A model generated the notes under the pieces. It searched no databases, was not told where the DNA came from, and saw nothing but the letters and a program-made list of their open reading frames with translations. Source: Balanoglossus misakiensis (Eukaryota; Animalia; Hemichordata). Taken from it: 64,000 nt of DNA. Location: positions 8,375,403 through 8,439,402 of the forward strand of contig CM082587.2 in the NCBI GenBank assembly GCA_040954595.2. Direction: 5' to 3'. The translations under genes and the position numbers were made by a program. Below, piece after piece: positions 38,782 through 49,733 of this stretch (position 1 is its first letter; each line of letters opens with the position of its first letter).

Positions 38782-39303
38782 CTTTGGATAATCTTTGAGC
38801 TGCCTTCAGCTTTTGAAGTTCTTCAAAGTGATCACCAACAGAACTAATACATATGTCTCACCTATCAAAGAATATAACCAGATCAGTATTGTTACGGCAA
38901 TAATAACACGTACACCAGTCGCTTGGGGGTTGTTACACCGATGACTTAGAAAAGCGGGAAGTCATGAAATCAAATCTACTTTCGACACAAGTATTTCAAA
39001 GTTCCGAAGATGTTTTCACTCAAACAAAGGCGAAATTTAATCAATAAATCGGCGTCAATACCACCTATTCCATGTCAAAATTCATACCTGCTATTCTCTT
39101 TGCCTATTAATATCAATATTCTCTGTGTTTTGGGGTGATTTCTGAGGGGGACTAAGCTTTGTGCGTTCAATCCACTTTCGATCTACCTCCCCGGACAAGC
39201 AGTGTTGGGAAAGGCCATCTAAAGTTGACTTCTTGTCCATAACTCAATAATTTATCAACAATAACATATTTCCCTTTCCAGAGTAAAAAAAGGTGAGTCA
39301 TAC

Positions 39304-39703
39304 CACAGGGAACTGAGTAATTTTGTTATTGTTATTGTTGTTGTTGTTGTTGTTGTTAAGATTGGTAATAAAATTTAAAAAAAAAATCAATGTTCATTTC
39401 TTGCTATGTTTGTCGATGTTGTAGAAAGCTGTAAAAAACCCCAACCATAATTGTGGAAAACACGACCTAGGTCGCCGAATGTCACTACCGTCTTATATAC
39501 AGGCGGTAGTGACATTCGGCGACCTAGGTCGTGTTTTCCACGATTATGGTTGGGTTTTTTTTACAGTTATCTACAACATCGACAAACATAGCAAGAAATG
39601 AACATTGATTTTTTTTTTAAATTTTATTACCAATCTTAACAACAACAACAACAACAATAACAACAACAACAACAACAATAACAAAATTACTCAGTTCCAT
39701 GTG
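39304..39703. mobile_element. 400-bp fold-back element (near-perfect hairpin) with a 7-bp target duplication
   Basis: The arms are inverted around ~39496 and include gtt/aac microsatellites. The flank gtcatac is present at 39297-39303 and 39704-39710. Confidence 0.85.
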
Positions 39704-40586
39704 GTCATACAACAGACGATGTGAAATATACTGGGGTAGACTTTAATTTTCAGAATCAGTAATTTGACTCGAGGTGAAACTCCCAGCACGTCACAAGACA
39801 GAATCTGTTTCCTGACACATAAATCCAAGAGAACATACATTGAGGGCTGGTAGTTGGTGATTTGAGGAATCACAATAGCCCACTAATAGTAACATATAGC
39901 CTTACAACTCTGACAGCTTTATGTGAACTCTACAAAACACACGGTAAAGGGTATATGAAGTGTACTCGCTACATCAGGGCCAACAACAACAGTGGTCTAA
40001 GAGCAAGTGTGATGAATTTGAACACACATTTCAACTACTTTCAGAACTCATAATGATTCTTCAGAATACGTCTGCTCAAATAATATCTGCAACACCTGTT
40101 AAAAGTATTGACATGATCAGTATGGCTATACATTTTGCATTATTGGTGATTGACTTGTGTCTGAAGGAGCAAATTTAAATGAATTCAAATTTGGATTAAT
40201 AATTTAATCTCTATGGTGTACATAACACATGGAGTACGTCATTGATTAAATTTTCGAACTGTTACCTGACCATAATGTGGCTGAGGACCAAATTTAATAT
40301 TTTGTCATTATTATAAACATCAAACCAAATTGTTTCAATGCACGTTAACAATTTCTTAATCATAGCAGCTCTACTTAACATTATCAGGTAATTTTATAGT
40401 TTTGTCAATGCCAGTGAATTTGCAGACTTCAAAAAGTATAGGTGCGAACAATTCAGACTCGGACACGGAGATCGAGAACAGAGCAATGGCGTACGCGTAA
40501 ACAAAAGGTCACCTGATCGTGGTGTGTCAGTGTACTGTACATTTCTAGTATCATATTCAAACATCAGGAAATATATAAATAACGGA

Positions 40587-41755
40587 GTGTCTATTGACAC
40601 GCGCGTGTCAATAGCCAGTGCTTGTCGGGCCGGCTATTGACACGCGCGTGTCAATAGCCAGTGCATAGGGGGCCGGCTATTGACACGCGGGGACTTTAAT
40701 ATTCTCAAATTATTGCCGATTTTTGAAAACCAAAGCACATTTCACATAGTCCATTAAATGATTCGTCTTTTCTTCCCCGAAAATCAGATGAAACGAAGTG
40801 CAAAATTCCGAAAGTCAAAGCGTATGTCATAGTTCTTCTACCCGTTCTACGCGTGTACGCCTGCCGATTCTAAGCTTATCTCCTGACCGTGACACGGGGA
40901 TTTTCCCTCCATTTTACTGCCGACTTTTATAAAGCAATGCACATTTTCCATCGGAGGACTTATCTTTTCCGCCGAAAATGTAAATGAAAGGAAGTGCAAA
41001 TTTCTGAAATATTTCTGAGCATCGCTACGATTGTTTTACTGTTCATGCACTACGGCCGCTGCACACAGAGGGACACACTCACCGCGACGCTGACCTCAAC
41101 AGCGCGGACATACTGTAAAATGTTTCGTTTGAATTGAGAGATTTTTTCATGATGAACAAATTCATTGCTTGTTGGGAAATACGTTACAACTTGAACCGTG
41201 GTGTGACAACTTACTTAGTCCCCAAATGCATGCCTTGCAGGGTCCAGTGCAATGACGTGTATTACCGAAATTAACATTTTCATGCCATAGCACTAGCAGT
41301 CAGATTTTTCCTGGTTGAAGCAACGAAAATGACGTATTGCCCAGTGCAGTCTGACATACTTCGAAATACTATTGTACTTGGATTTTCTTTATTTTACACC
41401 TCGCAACGGAGGATACGGAATGTGCATTGCTTTATAAAAGTCGTGTCACGGTCAGGAGATAAGCTTAGAATCGGCAGGCGTACACGCGTAGAACGGGTAG
41501 AAGAACTATGACATACGCTTTGACTTTCGGAATTTTGCACTTCGTTTCATCTGATTTTCGGGGAAGAAAAGACGAATCATTTAATGGACTATGTGAAATG
41601 TGCTTTGGTTTTCAAAAATCGGCAATAATTTGAGAATATTAAAGTCCCCGCGTGTCAATAGCCGGCCCCCTATGCACTGGCTATTGACACGCGCGTGTCA
41701 ATAGCCGGCCCGACAAGCACTGGCTATTGACACGCGCGTGTCAATAGACACGCCC
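40587..41755. mobile_element. Non-autonomous long-TIR element, Mutator/fold-back-like
   Basis: Near-perfect TIRs of ~310 bp (40587-40895 vs 41404-41751) contain repeated 24-bp palindromes ctattgacacgcgcgtgtcaatag. The 9-bp direct repeat aataacgga lies at 40578-40586 and 41756-41764. Confidence 0.85.
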
Positions 41756-42415
41756 AATAACGGATGAAGGTTTATTAACGCATGTGAAAATTCATTTAAG
41801 GGTTCTGCTGAAATATATCTGAAAAAGTTTCGATTTTTGTGTAATCTTGGGGAGGACTCGGGGAATATTTGAATTCGTTTGCGTTCTCAGGAAAGTTCAC
41901 GTATACGGGCGCTCGGAAGGTTGCAATACATAAACAAACTCGCCCTCGATCGACCCTCCATACTGCGTAGACAACATGACAGTGACAAGTGACACTTGCG
42001 GCATATTTTTTTTTACGTATAGCTTCGTTGACATGACTGCTTGGTACATGGTACACGGTATGTATGGTGAACGAATGTCAAATCCAGCATCATCGAGAGG
42101 TTTGCTTTACGTGCGTGAGCGAGCCATGTTGACTGCGCGTAGCCGTAGGAAGAAAAAATAAACAAAACGCCAGTCGAGGACAGATTTGGAAATTAATAAA
42201 TATCGCCGTATTTATTCTGTGTACGTTTGCATTTCTTTTTTAGCCCTTAAAATGTTCGCATTGTTTGAAATCCAGCTCCGTTATTCAGTCGGAAATTCAA
42301 TGTACACGTCCACTGGTTCTTGGGCGCGTCGCGCGTCCATCGAATAACACGATACATTATCAGTAATAACGTCACAAAATTCACTGGCATTGACAAAACT
42401 ATAATAATATAAAAT

Positions 42416-42556
42416 GAGAATAATGAACGCCCCAAAGACCCATAATGGACTCAAGCACACATTGTGCTCCATAATATACTCGGCTTCGCCTCGTATATTA
42501 TGACGCACAATGTGTGCTTTCGTCCATTATGGGTCTTTGGGGCGTTCATTATTCTC
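42416..42556. mobile_element. 141-bp hairpin element
   Basis: gagaataatgaacgccccaaagacccataatgga ... tccattatgggtctttggggcgttcattattctc around a ctcggcttcgcctcg loop. Confidence 0.75.
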
Positions 42557-43479
42557 TAATTCACAAGTGGTAGGGCTATGTACAAAACTTGTACAGCAGT
42601 GGTCTGCAGATAGTGACTGTAATAAGTTCAATCACAAATTTCAGGTGCTTTCCGATGTCATAATGATTCCAGCCTAGTCTGTGAATTCAGCCGAACAATC
42701 CGAAATACTAAGAACGATAATATTTCCCTTCTATCGCTTCTTATGTTTTCCTGATCCCTAATTTGCTACAAGGAAATAGCTACTAAAAATGCCACTTAAA
42801 GTGGCCTCAGGTGAACTCTGAACACAAGTAGATTTACCGTTTAAAACATTATTTTGCCGGAAAGCTGTTCGAAAATCCAATTCAAATGATTCCTCAAGCA
42901 CTTATTTTCTATATCTGTCAAGAATTATAGAACACAGTAGCAAGAAAACACTTACTTTCAGTTCTGGTAGAACTCTTCAAAATCCAGCCTCCAGCTTGCA
43001 CCCTATCACATCCCACTTTCAGTCATGTGAGTCTGTTAAACATTAACCCAGAGACGCCCTCTACAGTATCTTCTAACGTTTCTGTTCTTCATGCTCATCT
43101 AGTGGCTTTATTACCCTTTGGACCAGCTTTATCTAGCCTAGACAGATGCTCCAACCCTATCTGTGCATAAAACCTGTTTGTGTGGACTGTAGGTAAGTTA
43201 AAATTTGAAAAGAATAAATTCGTATATTACACATGAATAATTCCATCATTTAATATTGGTCCATACCAAAAATTATTTCCAGAGGTAATTTTACACACAT
43301 GTACAGGGTGTGAGTTGAATTGTAACAACTAGCCATTGAACATGTTTCAGTGAGTAGACAAACATCAATAACCCATCAAATGAAACTTAAATAACCAAAA
43401 TATTTTCAAAAGTTATCAACTTTTCTCTTTTACTCTAAGTTCTCATTTAAAATAAACTAGACAAATCACTAAAGTAATG

Positions 43480-46400
43480 ATAAACATTTAATGCTGTATA
43501 TAATAATAAACAAAAAAATATTCAATAATAAAACTAGAACAAAAATAAACAACACAAATTAAAACTTAAGTGTAAAAGATATAATATGCTTTGAACAAAA
43601 TCATGTATTTTATACAAAGAATTAATAATGATGTAAATTTACTAATCTATGTAAAAATAATAAAAATAAATTTGAAATAATAAATCTAAAACCAAAATAA
43701 ACAACATATATTAAATAATAGATCTCACATCATGCAGTTTAGGTTAAAAAAATATTATACAATTAAAATTTACTGCTATATGTAAACAAAATGTATTACA
43801 AACAATAAGCATAAAAAAAATAAAAGGATATATCAAAATTGGTTCCTTCAGTTCTCGTGATATGCCAAAATATCAAAATTCACTAAATATAAGAAGCAAC
43901 ACTCACTAACTTCAATAAGCTCTCAAGAATTATCCATAAAGCTACATTTTCCACAGACAGGTTCAATGTTTAGAGCATCTGATTTCTTAAGTGAATTAAA
44001 CTTATTTGGATATCATCACTACTTTTTAAAGTGAATATCATCTAGGAGGTCAGTCAGGACAAGTATAGTTCAAACAAGCTGACCATAGAATGTGACCGCA
44101 AAAATATGTATGTTGGGATATGTTGAGTGAAAAAGAAATTGCAAGATTCTAACATGATGATGATCTATGATATGAGCATCAAGTAGGGCTCCTATATAAA
44201 ACACCAAACAACACCACCATCGGAACTCAGAATAACAGGGCTACTCATCACCAGCCCCGCCCCCAATAAAAGGACTAGGGCGATCCCTAGAAACGAAATA
44301 AGGTAGTCCCAGCCCATTCAGACTGACTAAGTCATGCATCACACACACAAAAAGAAAAGAAATAGATGATAACCCTCTATCCCCCCTCCAGTACGACGAT
44401 AATATTAAGGGGTGCAAGTGTGAGAATAATTCAATGTCACAACCATAACTTTTACCAAAACATTGAAAACTATCACTCTTCACCACGAGAACTACATGAA
44501 CTGCGAGAACTACCAGCACTGCTATGTCCACCACTGTGAATACTTCCACGCCGACTGAATTCCGACCAATAACTTGTGCTGCCAAAAGTTTCATCAAAAC
44601 CTCCCAATGGGTCAGAAGCATAAGCTGAGTCAACAGTTTCAACAATATTCTTTTCATCAAAATGTTCCAGCATATCATGAATATCATTATGACTTAAATC
44701 AATATAAGGTGATCTTTGTAAAGAATCAACAACAGATTGTAAGTTAATCACACCTCTGTCTGTAATGTTATTATAACTCAAGTCAAGATGCTTTGAGCTT
44801 TGCAGTTTGGATAATACTTTGCTGAAAATATCAACACCAACATCTCCAATGTTATTATGACTAAGATCCAGGTGTCTCACCAAAGTCATATTCTCCATCC
44901 CTCTACTTAAACTCTCAGCACCAACATCTACAATGTTGTTATGACTAAGATCCAGGTGTCTCAGCCATGGCATATCCTCCATCCATTTACTTAAACTCTC
45001 TGCACGAACATCTCCAATGTTATTATGACTAAGATCCAGGTATCTCAGCCCAGTCATATCCTCCATCCCTTTACTTAAACTCTCTGCACCAACATCTCCA
45101 ATGTTATTATGACTAAGATCCAGACGTCTCAGCCATGGCATATCCTCCATCCCTTTACTTAAACTCTCTGCACCAACATCTCCAGTGTTATTATGACTAA
45201 GATCCAGGTGTCTCAGCTCAGTCATATTCTCCATCCATTTACTTAAACTCTCTGCCCCGACATCTCCAATGTTATTATGACTAAGATCCAGGTGTCTCAG
45301 CTCAGTCATATTCTCCATCCCTTTACTTAAACTCTCTGCACCAACATCTCCAATGTTATTATGACTAAGATCCAGGTACCACAGCCCAGTCATATTCTCC
45401 ATCCCTCTACTTAAACTCTCTGCACCAACATCTCCAATGTTATTATGACTAAGATCCAGGTGTCTCAGCCCAGTAATATTCCCCATCCCTTTACTTAAAC
45501 TCTCTGCACCAATATCTCCAATGTTATTATGACTAAGATCCAGGTATTCCAGCCCAGTCATTTTCCCCATCCCTAAATTACTTAAACTCTCTGCACCAAC
45601 ATCTCCAATCTTATTATGACTAAGATCCAGACGTCTCAGCCATGGCATATCCTCCATCCCTTTACTTAAACTCTCTGCACCAACATCTCCAATGTTATTA
45701 TGACTAAGATCCAGGTGTTCCAGCCCAGTCATATTCTCCATCCCTTTACTTAAACTCACTGCACCAACATCTCCAGTGTTATTATGACTAAGATCCAGGT
45801 GTTCCAGCCCAGTCATATTCTCCATCCCTCTACTTAAACTCTCTGCACCAACATCTCCAGTGTTATTATGACTAAGATCCAGGTGTCTCAGCTCAGTCAT
45901 ATTCTCCATCCCTTTACTTAAACTCTCTGCACCAACATCTCCAATGTTATTATGACTAAGATCCAGGTGTCTCAGCCCAGTAATATTCCCCATCCCTTTA
46001 CTTAAACTCTCTGCACCAATATCTCCAATGTTATTATGACTAAGATCCAGGTGTCTCAGCCATGGCATATCCTCCATCCATTTACTTAAACTCTCTGCAC
46101 GAACATCTCCAATGTTATTATGACTAAGATCCAGGTGTCTCAGCCCAGTAATATTCCCCATCCCTTTACTTAAACTCTCTGCACCAACATCTCCAATGTT
46201 ATTATGACTAAGATCCAGGTGTCTCAGCCCAGTAATATTCCCCATCCCTTTACTTAAACTCTCTGCACCAACATCTCCAATGTTATTATGACTAAGATCC
46301 AGGTGTCTCAGCCATGGCATATCCTCCATCCATTTACTTAAACTCACTGCACCAACATCTCCAGTGTTATTATGACTAAGATCCAGGTGTCTCAGCTCAG

Positions 46401-47765
46401 TCATATTCTCCATCCCTTTACTTAAACTCTCTGCACCAACATCTCCAATGTTATTATGACTAAGATCCAGGTGTTCCAGCCCAGTCATATTCTCCATCCC
46501 TCTACTTAAACTCTCTGCACCAATATCTCCAATGTTATTATGACTAAGATCCAGGTGTCTCAGCCATGGCATATCCTCCATCCATTTACTTAAACTCTCT
46601 GCACGAACATCTCCAATGTTATTATGACTAAGATCCAGGTGTCTCAGCCCAGTAATATTCCCCATCCCTTTACTTAAACTCTCTGCACCAACATCTCCAA
46701 TGTTATTATGACTAAGATCCAGGTGTCTCAGCCCAGTAATATTCCCCATCCCTTTACTTAAACTCTCTGCACCAATATCTCCAATGTTATTATGACTAAG
46801 ATCCAGGTGTCTCAGCCATGGCATATCCTCCATCCATTTACTTAAACTCACTGCACCAACATCTCCAATGTTATTATGACTAAGATCCAGGTGTCTCAGC
46901 CCAGTAATATTCCCCATCCCTTTACTTAAACTCTCTGCACCAATATCTCCAATGTTATTATGACTAAGATCCAGGTGTCTCAGCCATGGCATATCCTCCA
47001 TCCATTTACTTAAACTCACTGCACCAACATCTCCAGTGTTATTATGACTAAGATCCAGGTGTCTCAGCTCAGTCATATTCTCCATCCATTTACTTAAACT
47101 CTCTGCCCCGACATCTCCAATGTTATTATGACTAAGATCCAGGTGTCTCAGCTCAGTCATATTCTCCATCCCTCTACTTAAACTCTCAGCACCAACATCT
47201 ACAATGTTGTTATGACTAAGATCCAGGTGTCTCAGCCATGGCATATCCTCCATCCATTTACTTAAACTCTCTGCACGAACATCTCCAATGTTATTATGAC
47301 TAAGATCCAGGTATCTCAGCCCAGTCATATCCTCCATCCCTTTACTTAAACTCTCTGCACCAACATCTCCAATGTTATTATGACTAAGATCTAGACGTCT
47401 CAGCCATGGCATATCCTCCATCCCTTTACTTAAACTCTCTGCACCAACATCTCCAGTGTTATTATGACTAAGATCCAGGTGTCTCAGCTCAGTCATATTC
47501 TCCATCCATTTACTTAAACTCTCTGCCCCGACATCTCCAATGTTATTATGACTAAGATCCAGGTGTCTCAGCTCAGTCATATTCTCCATCCCTCTACTTA
47601 AACTCTCTGCACCAACATCTCCAAAATGACAACCACTAAGTTTCAGAGTGTGTACAAATGAAAGAATACTTATTATCCTTTACAGAACTCTTCAAATTCA
47701 GACTGACTCCACTGCTTACTTACTTCCACACTTTCACATTCTTTGATAATTTTCTTGATGAATAA
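43480..47765 (-). pseudogene. 5'-truncated duplicate of the NLR last exon: 33-unit LRR array, C-terminus and ~1 kb of 3' flank
   Basis: Homologous to ~24420-29140. The 1038-codon frame 44473-47589 is open, but a 2-nt insertion with TAA TAA near 47670 cuts it from the upstream homologous codons. Homology ends at ~47765. No DED, GT or NACHT exons are upstream. Confidence 0.8.
44815..47589 (-). repeat. LRR tandem array 2: 33 x 84 bp
   Basis: Same consensus as array 1, counted from the ORF translation. Confidence 0.97.
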
Positions 47766-49733
47766 ACTGACTGGCCAATCAACGGCTGGTGTGAATCACA
47801 ATCAGTATAGCCGTCACCTAGTTCTTCCTTTACCCTGGTCTCATCCACACGCAGAGGTCCATTCGAGGAAACATCACACGCAACCCCATCCGCCATTTCT
47901 GCGGGTGTCTGTTCACAATGATACCTGGTTGATCTGACATCACTTCCTCTTGTTTCCCCTTGAAAGTCTCCATCGTCTACACTAAGTCCCTTTCCAATGT
48001 TGCAAGCATTTTCAATTGCACATTTTGCATCCAATCCACAGTCCGTACTATTTAACCGATACGAGACAACACTGACACTTTCTTCGGAGTAGCAAGCGCC
48101 ATCTACGTTACAATAGGACACCCGCCTTTCGCCAGACTCCTCACTGATAAAATCTCTTGAATTTGCATTTCCTTCATAAGACAAGAAATCTTCTTCTGTA
48201 AGCTCCAACTTCACTCTAGGTGCATCTTTCCCTGGTTTGTCTATTGGCTCAATGTACATATCTGGGTCACTACATGTACCACAAGAGTTTTCACTCATCT
48301 GTGAGACGTGGTCCCTAATGCAGAAATTAATGACACCATCTTCTCCGGGAATATGGTATTCCTGTATGAAGTAATCGTCACTCTCTGGGGTGCTACACAC
48401 GGGCTCTGACGTCACCACTTCCAGCGTCGCAAGTGTCGCCATAGTTACCACAGCGCTCGTCTGCAGTGACGTCATCAGTATTAACAGTCACAATCCCACG
48501 TGGTGCATAATTAGCACCAGTGCCCTCCCCACAGTCAGTGATGATCATGGCCAGAATCTAAATAAGCACCTTCAGTTTTGATGCAATTGTCCCATAAGGG
48601 AGCATTCGTTTTTTACAGGGAGGGGGGGGGGCCGGTGGAATTTGAGTCGCCGACTAAATGTAAAAGGCAACCCCCCCTCGAAATTACTTTTCTAAAATGT
48701 GTCCCCCCCTAAATTCTTCAATTGTAAAATGTGAACCCCCCCCCCCCAAAAAAAAGTTTATCCACCGGATTAAACTTATCAAACTTTGTCAGATATTTAG
48801 ACTGACCATTGTTATTGTTGACATATGATTCTATTCAGAATTACATTCATTCTATCTTGTAAAAAAAGAAAAACAGCACTCCCATGAAAAGAATTTGAAA
48901 CTGATGTTTCCCCTCATCAGTGGGTATTAAAACTGAACATTGTTTTTATTTTTTAAGTATTTGTATTCTGTGTTGGGAGACATTGTAAACCGAGAATTGA
49001 AGGGGGTGGGTTTGGGAGGGGGTGTCCCCCTCCCACGTTAGAAAATTTTGTAAAATACAGAGCTCAAAGCTGCATTTTAATGAACCCGGCAAAAGCAAAT
49101 TAACTCAACTACCGGTATGTTGGGGAGGACAAATTTAACCGTCGCCGCTCAAAGTTATCATGGGGTGGGGGCAAGTCCCCTGACCTGGGACACTATAGAT
49201 AAACCAGTCAATGATTGGAAGGTGTTGATCCGGTTTGTAAAATAAAGGGCGCGAAACTGCATTTTTGCGGACTCAAAATAAACATTTAGTCGTCAAAGTG
49301 TGCTATAATTCCATACAAATCTGTTGTAAAAATTGTCCCCCCCCTAAACCATTGATTATAAAATTTGTCCCCCCCCCCTAAAAATTGCTTTGTAAAAGTA
49401 AACCCCCCCCTGATTTCCACCGGCCCCCCCCCCTCCCTGTAAAAAACGAATGCTCCCTAACCGAACTTCAGAGTGCGCGGTTGTCTGTACTGGGTTAGTG
49501 TCCATGTAACCTCTTTCTGCTTGATCACAGGCGTCGCTATTTGAGCCTGATCCGCATTCAGAAGTTTCAAACACATTTTCAAAATCCTTCGGTTCTTCTT
49601 TTATTCTTATATTGTTGGGCACATCCCTACAAATTTCGACAGATTCGCTGACTTGTGTGCTGCTTTCGTCAGATTCATCCTCGATGTCTTCACTCAAATC
49701 GCACGCTTTCAGTTTCATTCTGACCATTCCAGT
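47766..49733 (-). pseudogene. Broken acidic low-complexity exon (IKEEP/IKTE motifs), interrupted by a MITE and fused to LRR array 2
   Basis: Acceptor cctctgccag precedes 49733. ORF MVRMKLK...IKEEP...SEVR rejoins in frame as LWDNCIKTE after removing the MITE, then frameshifts before the 47720-48475 ORF (VKLE, VKEE motifs). Confidence 0.55.
48598..49457. mobile_element. PIF/Harbinger-like MITE
   Basis: TIRs of ~40 bp, gggagcattcgttttttacagggagggggggggccggtggaa, with a TAA target duplication at 48595-48597 and 49458-49460. Confidence 0.9.

Noticed and set aside
25770-47589. 84-bp arrays as CRISPR (constant part plus variable part)
   Set aside because: The variable parts are homologous codons in an open LRR frame, not unique spacers. 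The context is eukaryotic and there are no cas genes.
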